From the NCBI GenBank assembly GCA_963809895.1, contig CAWELD010000008.1, positions 1 to 22,540 on the forward strand: a DNA stretch of 22,540 nucleotides. Direction: 5' to 3'. Source of the stretch: an uncultured Gemmatimonadales bacterium (GTDB lineage Bacteria > Gemmatimonadota > Gemmatimonadetes > Longimicrobiales > Gaopeijiaceae). The notes under the pieces were generated by a model, which saw only the letters and a list, made by a program, of their open reading frames with translations, had not been told where the DNA came from and searched no databases. Below are positions 1 through 9,619 of this stretch, piece after piece. The position numbers were made by a program, and so were the translations under genes. The stretch's first letter is position 1. Every line of letters starts with the position of its first letter.

Positions 1-1081
1 CCAGGGACTCCGCTCGGTGGATCTGGGCTTCGATCCCCACGATGTCACGGCGCTGGCGGTGGCGCTGTCTTGGGACCGCGTGCCCACGCTGGACGCCCGC
101 GCGCGCTTCAGCACCGAGGTCCTTCGAGCGCATGCGCCAGGTCCCGGGCGTGGCCTCGGCAGGCATGATCAACTCGCTCCCGCCGAGCGGATCCAACCAG
201 ACGCAGCGCGCCGAGATCGAGGGGATCGCGGGCCCCGACCCCGACGCTCCGGCCTTCGCCATCCGGGGCATCGGCCCCGACTATCTCCAGACCCTGGGGA
301 TTCCCGTGCTGTCGGGGGACGTGGGTTCGGGCGGGAGGACCTGGCACAGCCCAAGGTGGCGCTGGTGAATCGCTCCGCGGTCCAGCACTACTGGGGGGGG
401 CGCCGATCCCATCGGTGGACAGGTGCGGCTCTGGGGCCACTACGAGTGGGTGCGGGTCGTGGGCGTGGTGGGCGACGTGCACCACGACGGCCCGGACCGC
501 GCGTACGGCCAGCTCTACCCGCCCTACTCCGCCGAGTACCTGACCAGCAAGTCGTACGTGGTGCGCTGGCAGCCCGGCCGTCCGGCACACCCCGACGCGC
601 TCCGCCAGGCCGTGTTCGCCGTAGATCGACAGCCGGTGCGCGAAGCGCGGAGCATGGAGGATTGGGTGGCCGACGCCACCGCTGCGCCGCGCTTCCAGAC
701 CCGGGTCATGGGCGTTGGTGGCGCTCTTCGCCACCGGACTCGCCGCGGTGGGGCCTGTTCGGCGTGCTGGCCGGGCTGGTGGGGGCGCGCACCCGTGAGC
801 TGGCCGTGCGCATGGCGTTGGGGGCTCCCCGGCGGAGCGTGTTGGCGCTCGTGCTTCGGCGGGCCGGAGCGCTCCTGGCCGTGGGACTCGCGGGTGGCAC
901 CGTGATGGCGCTGCTCCTGGGCGATGCGCTACGACGTTTTCTGTTCGGGGTGTCGGCGCACGATCCGGTGGTCATTGCGGTGGCTGCGGCGCTCTTCGCC
1001 GTGGTAGCGGGGGCCGCGGCGCTGCTGCCATCGCGGCGGGCTACGTCACTTGATCCGGCGCAGGTGCTGAGAGAAGAGTAG
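1..1081 (+). CDS. ABC transporter permease, ADOP/MacB-FtsX-like; 5'-partial, about 5 frameshifts (sequencing error or pseudogene)
   Basis: Family motifs are spread over three frames: DLGFDP (17 frame), RQVPGVASAG...IGPDYLQTLGIPVLSG (42 frame), GRGF...VALVNRSAVQHYW (17 frame), VVGVVGDVHH...SMEDWVADATAAPRFQT (423 frame), GLFGVLAGLVGARTRELAVRMALGA...PSRRATSLDPAQVLREE* (17 frame). Some shifts lie in G-runs, e.g. G8 at 393-400. Confidence 0.9.
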   Translation, partial: QGLRSVDLGFDPHDVTALAVALSWDRVPTLDARARFSTEVLRAHAPGPGRGLGRHDQLAPAERIQPDAARRDRGDRGPRPRRSGLRHPGHRPRLSPDPGDSRAVGGRGFGREDLAQPKVALVNRSAVQHYWGGRRSHRWTGAALGPLRVGAGRGRGGRRAPRRPGPRVRPALPALLRRVPDQQVVRGALAARPSGTPRRAPPGRVRRRSTAGARSAEHGGLGGRRHRCAALPDPGHGRWWRSSPPDSPRWGLFGVLAGLVGARTRELAVRMALGAPRRSVLALVLRRAGALLAVGLAGGTVMALLLGDALRRFLFGVSAHDPVVIAVAAALFAVVAGAAALLPSRRATSLDPAQVLREE

Positions 1082-1164
1082 GGAGGAGGGGGGGGGATGC
1101 GCGTGAAGGCCCGACATCTGGGCGCATTGCGCATCTGACCACGATATGGCATGATTTTGACCAT

Positions 1165-2419
1165 ATGGTGGACTATCGCGAAGAAGACTCGACGCCGCCT
1201 CTGCTTCCGCGAGCGGCGGAACCCTGGCTCCGGCGCGTGCTGGAGGTCTTTCCCGTGGTCGTGCTCATGGGAGCGCGGCAGACCAAAGAGCACGCTCGCC
1301 CGGAAGCTCGCCGGCATCGACGGCCGGCCCTACCTGAGCGTCGACGACCTGGATGTCCGGGCGGTGGCGGAATCCGATCCGAGGGGGTTGCTCGCCCGGG
1401 CCGATGCCCTGGTGATCGACGAGGTGCAGCGGGTCCCGGATCTCCTCCTGGCCATCAAGCAGGCCGTGGAGGAAGATCGCCCCCGCCGCCCCGGGCGCTT
1501 CCTGCTGACCGGATCAGCCAATCTGCTGCTGATGGAGACGGTGACCGAGTCCCTCGCCGGACGCGCGGCCTACGTCACGCTGTGGCCCCTCACCCGGAAC
1601 GAGTTGCTGGGACGGGGCGGCACCGGCGCGTGGCACGTCCTGCTCGGCGAGGAGCCCGACCTGTGGCCTCAGCGGCTGGAAGAGATCGAGCTACCGGCAG
1701 CCGACCGGCGCGACGTGGTCCGCCTCGGGGGATACCCGGTCCCCGCCCACGAGCTCGCCGACCCCACGGCGGCCTCGATCTGGTTCGACGGATACGTGAC
1801 CACCTACCTCGAGCGCGATCTCCAGCAACTGACGTCCATCGGGGGGCTGGTGGACTTCCGTCGACTCATGCGCGTCGCGAGCCTGCGGGTCGGGGATCTG
1901 GCCATCCAGTCCGAGATCGCCCGGGACGCCGACCTGCCACACACGACGGCGCGCCGGTACCTCAACCTCCTCGAGACGTCGTTCCAGCTCCTGCGGATCG
2001 CGCCCTTTCACGGGAACCGGACCAAGCGGGTGGTGAAGTCGCCGAAGCTCTTCTGGAGCGACGTGGGGCTGGGGATGCGCGTGGCCGGAGAGACGGAGCC
2101 GCGGGGGGCGCACCTCGAAAACCTGGTCCTGACGGACCTGATGGCCTGGAAGGACTCACGGGCGGGCTCGTCGCAGATCCTCTTCTGGCGCACCTACGAC
2201 GGAGCGGAGGTGGATTTCGTCCTCGAGAGCGAGGGCGCCGTGGTCGGCATCGAAGTGAAGGCCACAGCCCGTCCCCGGCCCCGCGATTGGGCCCGGTTGG
2301 TGGAGTTCCGCGACCGCTACCAGGAGGCGGTCAGGGGATGCCTGCTCCTTCACGCCGGGGAGCGAACGGAGTGGGTGTCCGAGCGCGTGCTCGCGGTACC
2401 GTGGTGGCGGGTCGTGTGA
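1165..2419 (+). CDS. AAA_14 ATPase + DUF4143 (PD-(D/E)xK-like C-terminus); frameshifted inside Walker A
   Basis: 1165 frame gives LPRAAEPWLRRVLEVFPVVVLMGARQT; 1151 frame continues KSTLAR, LVIDEVQRVPDLL (Walker B), FLLTGSAN, ESLAGR, GGYP, KSPKLFWSDVG, EVDFVLE...GIEVKA. Restoring GG between 1284 and 1285 gives GARQTGKST. Confidence 0.9.
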
Positions 2420-2543
2420 GGAGCGCGGGCTGACAGATTCCAGGCGCGCCGCTCGTCTGTTGTGGAAGGGGGGGAGGACGACGACTGTAGGGGTCCCTCC
2501 TCCTCGTCCGAGACGACGACTTCCATCACAGAGAGAGCATCTG

Positions 2544-5500
2544 ATGCGCCGGATCCACGACACGTTCTTCCGGCTGGTCCTCCTCGTCCTGGCGCTGGGG
2601 GGATCGGCGCTGCCGCTGGCGGCGCAGTCGCGCACCACGACGGCGGTGCGAGGCACGGTGACGAACCAGGCGGGCGAGCCGCTGGCCTCGGCGGTGGTGA
2701 CGGTCCGCCAGGAGGAGACGGGAGCGCTCAAGCGGGTGGCCACCAACGCCGAGGGCCGCTATCTGGTCCTGCAACTCCAGCCTGGCGGGCCGTACACGCT
2801 GCTGGTGCAGAGCCTGGGCTACGCCGACGCGAGCCTTCAGGACATCCATCTGCAGGTGGGCGACGTGGTCACGCTGGACGTGCGCTTGCAGGAGCAGGCC
2901 ATCGAGGTGGAAGGGATCGAGGTGAACGCCGAGCGGGCGGAGATCTTCAACCCGAGCCAGGTGGGTCCGGCGACGCGCATGGACGAGCGGGTGGTGGAGT
3001 CGGTGCCGATCCTGTCCCGGAACCTGATGGAGCTGGCGGTGCTGTCGCCGCTGGTGAAGACCACCGAGGGCGGGGGCTTCTCGGTGGCGGGCCAGAACGA
3101 TCGCTACAACTCGATCCTCATCGACGGGGTGTCGAGCAAGGACGTGTTCGGGCTGACGGCGGGCGGCGTGCCGGGCGGGCAGGCGGGGGCCAAGCTGATC
3201 CCGCTGGACGCGGTAGCGCAGTACGAGGTGCTGGTGGCGCCCTTCGACGTGCGGCTGTCGGGCTTCACGGGTGGGGTGATGAACGCGGTGACCAAGACGG
3301 GCACGAACCAGTGGAACGCGCGCGCGTTCGGCGCCTACCGGGCGGAAGCGCTCATCGGGGACCTGAGCCTGCCCACGGGGCCGGTGGAGGCGTCGGGGGT
3401 GGACCGCACGCTGCTGGGGCTGTCGGTGGGCGGGCCCATCATCCAGGACCGGGCGCACTTCTTCGTGTCGGGCGAGTTCGAGCGGCGCAAGCAGCCGCCC
3501 ACGGGCTACAACCTGCTGCGGGACGATCCGTTGCTGGTGCGGCTGTCGCCCGAGGCGGTGGGCGACTTCTCCGACGAGCTGGCGAACCAGTTCGGGCTGG
3601 AGACGGGGATCGCCGGGCCGTATCCGCTGAAGCAGGAGCTGGCCAACGTGTTCGGCCGGGTGGACTGGACGCTGGCCAACGGGCAGCGCATGACGGTGCG
3701 CAACGTGTTCGCGTATGCGTCGAACGACGAGAGCCCGAACCGGTTCGCCTTCGAGCCGTACGGGCTGTCGTCGAACGCGGTGCACCGGAAGGGGCTCAAC
3801 AACACGACCTCGTTCCAGCTCTTCTCGGACCTCGGTGACCGGGGCGCCAACGAGCTCAACGTGTCCATCCAGCGCAGCGTCGACGAGTCCACGCCGGCGG
3901 TGACATGGCCACAGATGGAGGCCGACCTCATCAGCAGCATCGACGGCGCCAGCTTCCAGCGGGGCGTGCGGGTGGGCTCGCAGTTCTACGCCCAGAACAA
4001 CGACCTGCGCCAGACCAACATCCAGTTCACGAACACGCTGTCGCTGAACAAGGACCCGGACGAGGGCACCGGCACCGGGAGCGTCTACACGCTGGGGCTG
4101 ACCGGCGCCTACTACGACATCAGCCACCGCTACGTGCCCGGCGAGACCGGCAGCTACTTCTGGGCCAGCATGCGAGACGTGCGCAACAACGCCCCGCAGC
4201 GCTACGAGCGCACGCTCCTGGCCGACGGGGTGGACCCGACCACGAACTTCTCGGTGCTGCAGTGGGGTGCCTTCGTGCAGGACCAGATCGATGCCGGCAA
4301 GGGGCTCACCATGCGCTTCGGGCTCCGCATCGACGTACCCTGGGTGCTGGATCATCCCGACGAGAACTTCCAGGTCACCGATCTCTTCGACTACAAGACC
4401 AGCAAGTTGCCATCGGGCCAGTTCCTGCTGTCGCCCCGCTGGGGCTTCAACTGGCAGAGCGAGGGCGAGCACACGACGCAGGTGCGGGGCGGGCTGGGCA
4501 TGTTCGTGGGTCAGCTGCCCTTCGTGTGGCTGTCCAACGCGTTCCAGTACGACGGCATGAGCCGCACCACCATGACCTGCACCGGACGCGTCACCGACGA
4601 CCCGTTGTCGGGCAACACGGTGCCCCCCTTCGATCCCTTCAATCCCCCGAACACGTGTTACGCCGGGGAGCCGAACCTGCTGCGCACCGTGACGGTGTTC
4701 GATCCCGGGTTCAAGTATCCCCAGGACCTGAAGTTCTCCGTGGTGGTGGACCACGAATTCACTTCACGCATCAGCGGCTCGCTGGGCTTCCTCTTCAACC
4801 GGGCCATCAACCAGATCGTGCTCCAGGAGCTCAACCTGGGGGATCCGGCGGGGAACCAGGGACCGTTGGACGGCTACGGCGGGTTCGAGCGCCGGCGCTA
4901 CGGCAGGGCCAATGGAACGGGATTCGTGCCGACCTGGGACCACCCGGAGTTCGGTCACGTGCTGCTGGCCACCAACGAGAGCGAGGACTGGGGCTATTCG
5001 ATCACCGCCGAGGCGCGCGGGCAGCTCACCGACAGGCTGGGCTTCCAGACCGGCTACTCCTACGCCCGCTCGTACGACAAGATGAGCCTGGTGTCCACCG
5101 ACATGGTGGCCAACTACGGCCTCACGCCCACGCGCTCGGACCCGAACCGTGCCGAGCTCACCACGTCCAACTTCGACCGGCCCCACAAGCTGGTGCTGTC
5201 GGTCTACGGCGCGCCCTTCCCGGGGCTCGACGACACCCAGATCTCGCTGCTCTACACCGGCCAGTCGGGGCTGCCCTTCTCGTACGTCTACTACGGCGAC
5301 ATCAACGGCGACGGCTATCCCGGCCAGGGCCCCGCCTTCGACCGCACCAACGACCTCATCTACGTGCCGGAGAAGGCGAGCGAGCTGCCCTCGGGCCTGG
5401 CCACCCAGGCGCTCCTCGGCAGGGCCCTGGAGAGCGATGAATGCCTGGCGGCGTCGCGGGGCGAGGTCATCCCCCGCAACTCGTGCCGCTCGCCCTGGCA

Positions 5501-5834
5501 GAACCGCCTCGACGTGCGCCTGTCGCAGATCACGCACGTAGGCGGTGCCGAGGTTCGCCTCGAAGCCGACATGATCAACTTCCTCAACCTCCTCAACGCC
5601 GATTGGGGCAGCGTGCAGTCGGTACGGGCCAACACGAGCCTCATCGAGCCCGTCGGACGCCGGGACTGCCTCGGCTGCGTGGGAGCGTTGGTGTCGCGCT
5701 GGGCCGGGCCGGCGCTGCCCTCTCGCGATCAGGAAGCCCGACTTGTGCCGACCGAGCCGTGGGCGGTGGTCTCGCCCGACTCCCAGTGGCAGATGCAGTT
5801 CGGGATGCGGATCACCTTCGGCGGGAATCGCTGA
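2544..5834 (+). CDS. TonB-dependent receptor, Oar-like, with N-terminal carboxypeptidase-regulatory-like domain
   Basis: ATG 2544 followed by signal peptide (LVLLVLALGGSALPLAAQ); VRGTVTNQAGEPLASAVV...TNAEGRY; plug motifs NSILIDGV and FDVRLSGFTGGVMNAVTKTGTN; barrel with SPRWGFNW and GDINGDG; C-terminal WQMQFGMRITF. Confidence 0.93.
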   Translation: MRRIHDTFFRLVLLVLALGGSALPLAAQSRTTTAVRGTVTNQAGEPLASAVVTVRQEETGALKRVATNAEGRYLVLQLQPGGPYTLLVQSLGYADASLQDIHLQVGDVVTLDVRLQEQAIEVEGIEVNAERAEIFNPSQVGPATRMDERVVESVPILSRNLMELAVLSPLVKTTEGGGFSVAGQNDRYNSILIDGVSSKDVFGLTAGGVPGGQAGAKLIPLDAVAQYEVLVAPFDVRLSGFTGGVMNAVTKTGTNQWNARAFGAYRAEALIGDLSLPTGPVEASGVDRTLLGLSVGGPIIQDRAHFFVSGEFERRKQPPTGYNLLRDDPLLVRLSPEAVGDFSDELANQFGLETGIAGPYPLKQELANVFGRVDWTLANGQRMTVRNVFAYASNDESPNRFAFEPYGLSSNAVHRKGLNNTTSFQLFSDLGDRGANELNVSIQRSVDESTPAVTWPQMEADLISSIDGASFQRGVRVGSQFYAQNNDLRQTNIQFTNTLSLNKDPDEGTGTGSVYTLGLTGAYYDISHRYVPGETGSYFWASMRDVRNNAPQRYERTLLADGVDPTTNFSVLQWGAFVQDQIDAGKGLTMRFGLRIDVPWVLDHPDENFQVTDLFDYKTSKLPSGQFLLSPRWGFNWQSEGEHTTQVRGGLGMFVGQLPFVWLSNAFQYDGMSRTTMTCTGRVTDDPLSGNTVPPFDPFNPPNTCYAGEPNLLRTVTVFDPGFKYPQDLKFSVVVDHEFTSRISGSLGFLFNRAINQIVLQELNLGDPAGNQGPLDGYGGFERRRYGRANGTGFVPTWDHPEFGHVLLATNESEDWGYSITAEARGQLTDRLGFQTGYSYARSYDKMSLVSTDMVANYGLTPTRSDPNRAELTTSNFDRPHKLVLSVYGAPFPGLDDTQISLLYTGQSGLPFSYVYYGDINGDGYPGQGPAFDRTNDLIYVPEKASELPSGLATQALLGRALESDECLAASRGEVIPRNSCRSPWQNRLDVRLSQITHVGGAEVRLEADMINFLNLLNADWGSVQSVRANTSLIEPVGRRDCLGCVGALVSRWAGPALPSRDQEARLVPTEPWAVVSPDSQWQMQFGMRITFGGNR

Positions 5835-5973
5835 GCGCGGTCGTCACGTCACATCTCCACAGGGCCACTCGTTCTCTCGTTGCAGGTCACAGCGCGGCCG
5901 AGGCGCGGCGCGCCGTCGGGCCACGACCTGCCGGAACGGCCCGTTGGTCGGGATGGTCAGCACGGGAGGGAGC

Positions 5974-6456
5974 ATGAACGGGACGATGAAGACGCGGTCG
6001 ATGGGATGGTTCCTGCTCGTGCTGGCCATCCCGCTGTTCGGATGCGGCAACGACGGCGCGGGCGGGACGACGGAGCCCGTGACCAACACCGGCGCGGACG
6101 GCGTGGTGGAGGGCACGGTCTTCCTGGTGCAGAGCTCACCCGCCACGGCGGTCATGGAGGCACTCTACCGGGGCCCGGTGACGCGCGACGACCAGGGCTG
6201 CCTTCGCCTCGAGCCGGACGGCGACGTGCCGGTCACCGTGGTCTGGCCCTACGGCTTCACACTGGAGTCACGGGACAGTGGCCAGCACGTGCGGGATGCA
6301 TCGGGCCGGGACATCGGCCGCGTGGGCGACTCCTTCACCTTCGGAGGCGGCTACGTCTCCACCCTCCACGACGGCATCCCCCTGACCCAGGGGCAACGTG
6401 AGTTGGCCGAGAGCCGCTGCCCCGGGACCTACTGGATCGTGGGCGAGCTGCCCTGA
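5974..6456 (+). CDS. hypothetical lipoprotein
   Basis: GGGAGG upstream of ATG 5974; hydrophobic stretch with lipobox-like LFG|C; GCL...VVWPYG...IGRVGDSFTFGGG...RCPG core with two further Cys. Confidence 0.75.
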   Translation: MNGTMKTRSMGWFLLVLAIPLFGCGNDGAGGTTEPVTNTGADGVVEGTVFLVQSSPATAVMEALYRGPVTRDDQGCLRLEPDGDVPVTVVWPYGFTLESRDSGQHVRDASGRDIGRVGDSFTFGGGYVSTLHDGIPLTQGQRELAESRCPGTYWIVGELP

Positions 6457-7052
6457 GGGGGATCGGCGTCCGGGAGAGCGGCGGCCCTGGCCGCTTCCAG
6501 GTGGTGAAAGAACTGATCGCCGAAGTCGCGGAGGTGGGCGCTGTCGCGAAAGGCGGTCGAGGGCAGAAGCACGATCGAGCTCGGTCCGGTCCCCACCATG
6601 AAGGTGCCGTCCGCCTCCTCCACCTTGCCGATGGCGCGCCAGCGCCAGAGCGCCTCGTAGGCCGGCGTCACGTCGCGAAGTCCCTCGGGCGTGACCTCCA
6701 TGCGATGAGGCCCGAACAGGCCGTGGGTCACGCCGGTGCGCGACGAGCGCGTGAACGCTCGCTTGAGCGCGCGCCGGTAGAGCCATGGGAAGAGCGCGAT
6801 CAGGACCCCCAGGCCGATGGTCACGATCAGCGCTTCGGGGCCGGCGCCCACCAGCAGAAGGAGCGTCGCGAACAGGATCATGATCGCGGTCCAGATGCGG
6901 CGCTGCCGCTTCCGGTTCTCGACGTGAAGCGGGTGATCCCAGGCGAACGACGACACCGCCGCCACCCACTCCTCCGGCGTCAGCTCGAATTCCGCGCTCA
7001 CCAATGCGTCGCCGCGCGTCGGCGGCAACGCCCCATCCCCCATTCGCGACAC
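6429..7052 (-). CDS. YcxB-like membrane protein
   Basis: AGGAGG upstream; EFELTPEE N-terminus, two TM helices, then GPHRMEVTPEGL...WRWRAIGKVEE...LLPSTAF typical of YcxB C-terminal domain. Overlaps the convergent lipoprotein gene by 28 nt. Start could also be the ATG three codons downstream. Confidence 0.75.
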   Translation of the reverse strand: MSRMGDGALPPTRGDALVSAEFELTPEEWVAAVSSFAWDHPLHVENRKRQRRIWTAIMILFATLLLLVGAGPEALIVTIGLGVLIALFPWLYRRALKRAFTRSSRTGVTHGLFGPHRMEVTPEGLRDVTPAYEALWRWRAIGKVEEADGTFMVGTGPSSIVLLPSTAFRDSAHLRDFGDQFFHHLEAARAAALPDADPPQGSSPTIQ

Positions 7053-7172
7053 CTGGCTCTCCCTCCTGCGATCGGTCGACGCCCCATCTCCGTCCTCCTA
7101 GAAAAACGCACCGCGAGAGTGGTAAGGCGCAAGATCCGTGATGTGGAGTGCGGTGGGATGCCGCGCCGGCAA

Positions 7173-7221
7173 GCAACCCTGCCGCAGCCGATGCGTATCG
7201 TAATACGAAGACGTTCGTATT
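7173..7221 (+). promoter_or_regulatory. putative ECF-sigma promoter (AAC-N16-CGTA) followed by palindromic operator AATACGAA-N4-TTCGTATT
   Basis: GCAACC 7173-7178, CGTA 7194-7197; perfect 8-bp inverted repeat 7202-7209/7214-7221 upstream of ATG 7256. Confidence 0.45.
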
Positions 7222-7255
7222 CGTGGGATGCCGCTCCCTCCAACCCCGTCACACC

Positions 7256-8518
7256 ATGATCCGCCACCTGTCGCCCCGGCGTTCGGTCGCCCCCGTATTG
7301 CTCCTGGCGGCCCTCATGGCGCCCCCGCCCTCCGTGGCACAGCAGGTCGTCGACCTCCCGGCGCGCGACGTCTCCCTCGATGCCGTCGTGCAGGACGTCT
7401 TCCGCGTCGGCGGCGTGGACGCCCCGGAATGGGCCGCGTGGCGCGCGCTGCTCTGGGTGGATTTCGACGGCGCCGGACGGCTGTACGTCTTCGACCACAC
7501 CGGCGGGCGCGTGCTGGTCACCACGCCCGAGGGCGCCTTTCTGCGTCAGGTGGGCCGGCCGGGACAGGGACCCGGCGAGCTGGAATCCCCCACCAGCTTC
7601 GCGGTGCAGGACGACGGCACGGTGAGCGTCTTCAGCTTCTCCCGGGGCTTCTACAGCGTCTTCGACGCCGGCGGCGAGTTCGTGCGCAACGTGCCGGTGG
7701 ACGTCGCCACCGGGTTTCCCGGCAAGGACGCCTGGGCCGATCCCCTGGGCGGCGTCGTATCACCGCAGATCGGCCTGGGCCGCCAGGAGATGCGCTTCGA
7801 TCCCCAGCGTCCCGGAGTGCGCATCCACCGCTACCTCCTGGACGACGCGGGCACGACCGAGCTGCTCTTTCAGGGCGAGCGGCCGCGCCGCGACTTCAGC
7901 GGCGGCCGCACCTTCGACGACATCATGGCCAACCCGGGCTGGCGCGCCTTCGAGCCCGAATACCTTCTGGGTGTGCTCCCGGACGGTGGGCTGGCGGTGG
8001 CCGAAGACGCGGCCTACGCCGTGAAAGTCGTGGGACCCCGTGGCGACCTCCGGAGGGTGCTCCGGCGTCCCATCGATCCCATCCAGGTGACGCGCCGGAT
8101 CCAGGAGGAGGCCCGGGACCGCAAGCGGCGGGAGATCGCGTCGGGCCCGGCGGGAGGGAGCGTGTCCATGTCCCGTTCCGGCGAGGACGACCAGAGCCGC
8201 GAACGCCCAGTGGTGTCACCGGACACGGAGGAGCGCATTCAGGGCATGCGCTTTCCGGAGCGCCTGTCGGTCGTCACGGGCCTCGGGGTGGACAGCCAGG
8301 GCCGCATCTGGGTGCAGCGCCGGGGTCCCGGGCCCTGGGACGACGGTCCCATCGACGTGCTCACGCCGGACGGCGCCTACCTGGGCTCGATTCCCGCGGG
8401 CCTCATCCCCTTCCCCGACGCCTTCGGACCCGACGGGCGCGTCGCCTTCATCCGCAAGGACGACCTCGACGTGCCCTGGGTGGAGGTGAAGCGCGTGGTA
8501 CTGCCCGGCGGTGGATGA
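7256..8518 (+). CDS. secreted six-bladed beta-propeller (NHL-like) protein
   Basis: Signal peptide ending PSVA|QQ; GRLYVFDH, VGRPGQGPGELESP, VDSQGRIWV, IDVLTPDGAYLG, DDLDVPWVEVKRV. Confidence 0.85.
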   Translation: MIRHLSPRRSVAPVLLLAALMAPPPSVAQQVVDLPARDVSLDAVVQDVFRVGGVDAPEWAAWRALLWVDFDGAGRLYVFDHTGGRVLVTTPEGAFLRQVGRPGQGPGELESPTSFAVQDDGTVSVFSFSRGFYSVFDAGGEFVRNVPVDVATGFPGKDAWADPLGGVVSPQIGLGRQEMRFDPQRPGVRIHRYLLDDAGTTELLFQGERPRRDFSGGRTFDDIMANPGWRAFEPEYLLGVLPDGGLAVAEDAAYAVKVVGPRGDLRRVLRRPIDPIQVTRRIQEEARDRKRREIASGPAGGSVSMSRSGEDDQSRERPVVSPDTEERIQGMRFPERLSVVTGLGVDSQGRIWVQRRGPGPWDDGPIDVLTPDGAYLGSIPAGLIPFPDAFGPDGRVAFIRKDDLDVPWVEVKRVVLPGGG

Positions 8519-8535
8519 CGTAGACCCCGAGGCGT

Positions 8536-8560
8536 GAAACGGCGGATCGCCCCCGGCGTA
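8536..8560 (+). promoter_or_regulatory. putative ECF-sigma promoter (GAAAC-N16-CGTA)
   Basis: AAC 8538-8540, CGTA 8557-8560, same spacing as the 7175-7197 motif; lies just before ATG 8568. Confidence 0.4.
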
Positions 8561-8567
8561 CCAGGGA

Positions 8568-9521
8568 ATGGAGTCCGGCCGCGGGTGTCGCGCGCCGGGC
8601 GATTCCCGCGCCCCTGGACGTCACGTGCGCCGTCGAGCCCCCCCGTTCGCGTTGTCCGTGGCGGCGCTGTCGGTGCTGACGGCGCTGCCCGCGGCGGCAT
8701 CTGGCCAATCGGCCAGGGCTTCGCGCGACGCCGCCGACACGCTCGGCGTGCTGGGCACGGTGGTGGACCGCGACACGCAGAATCCCCTGGAAGGGGTGGC
8801 GGTGACCATGACCCCGCTGGCGGACTCCACCGGGGCACGCCCCGTCGGGCCGACGCCCGCCACCGTCCTCACCGATGCCGACGGCCGCTTCGTCTTCGAA
8901 CAGTTGGACAACGGGCATTACCGCATCGCCATGGAGCGGCTCGGATACGGTGCCCTCGCCGACTCGGTGGCGTTCGACGCGGCATTCGGCCTCCGGATCC
9001 AGGCCGCCATGGTGCCCGAAGCGCTGGAGTTGGAGCCCCTCTTCGCCGTGGTCGAGGCGCGCTCCAGGAGTCTCGAGGCCAACGGATTCTACCAGCGCCG
9101 CTCCCGGGGGATCGGCTGGTTCATCACCCGAGACGAGATCCAGGACGGGCGCTACCAGCGCGTGTCCGACGTGCTGCGCATGGTGCCCGGCGTGCGCATC
9201 AGCACCGCCAGCCCACGGCCCCTGGCGCCTGACGGGGTCGTGCTCCTCCGCGGTGGATGCGTCGCCGACGTCTACGTGGACGGCGTGCGCACCGTGCGCC
9301 CGTTCCCCGTCGACCTCATGCTGAATCCCGACGACCTGGACGCGGTGGAGGTCTACCACAACGCCGAGATGTCTGCCCGCTTCGGCACCTCCACCTGCGG
9401 CGCCGTCATGATCTGGACCCACGTCCCCAATCCCCGGCCCGGCGGCAGCCATCCCTTCACCGTGAAGCGCACGCTCGTCGTGCTGGGCTTCATCGGAGCG
9501 GTGTGGCTGATCGCGCGGTAG
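8568..9521 (+). CDS. carboxypeptidase-regulatory-like domain + TonB plug-like domain protein, no beta-barrel, C-terminal TM helix
   Basis: GTVVDRDTQNPLEGVAV...TDADGRF...RLGY; FITRDEI...VSDVLRMVPGVRI, VYVDGV, DDLDAVEVY, CGAVMIWT; ends TLVVLGFIGAVWLIAR. True start may be downstream of 8568. Confidence 0.8.
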   Translation: MESGRGCRAPGDSRAPGRHVRRRAPPFALSVAALSVLTALPAAASGQSARASRDAADTLGVLGTVVDRDTQNPLEGVAVTMTPLADSTGARPVGPTPATVLTDADGRFVFEQLDNGHYRIAMERLGYGALADSVAFDAAFGLRIQAAMVPEALELEPLFAVVEARSRSLEANGFYQRRSRGIGWFITRDEIQDGRYQRVSDVLRMVPGVRISTASPRPLAPDGVVLLRGGCVADVYVDGVRTVRPFPVDLMLNPDDLDAVEVYHNAEMSARFGTSTCGAVMIWTHVPNPRPGGSHPFTVKRTLVVLGFIGAVWLIAR

Positions 9522-9619
9522 GCGGGGATGTGGGCCCCCCGCACCACCCTCCAGGGATCTTCCCACCCCGGTTCGCGATACAATTCGGGTCCGTCACCGG
9601 CATTTCCCTGGAGCGTGTC

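Noticed and set aside
2420..2543. Possible riboswitch upstream of the TonB-dependent receptor
   Set aside because: Only G/C-rich complementary patches; no cobalamin or TPP consensus recognised.
2526..4754. 742-aa minus-strand ORF, and similar long antisense or alternate-frame ORFs (11309-13036, 9353-10552, 16484-17533, 3905-5440)
   Set aside because: Shadow ORFs of high-GC genes; they fully overlap well-supported CDSs and carry no family motifs.
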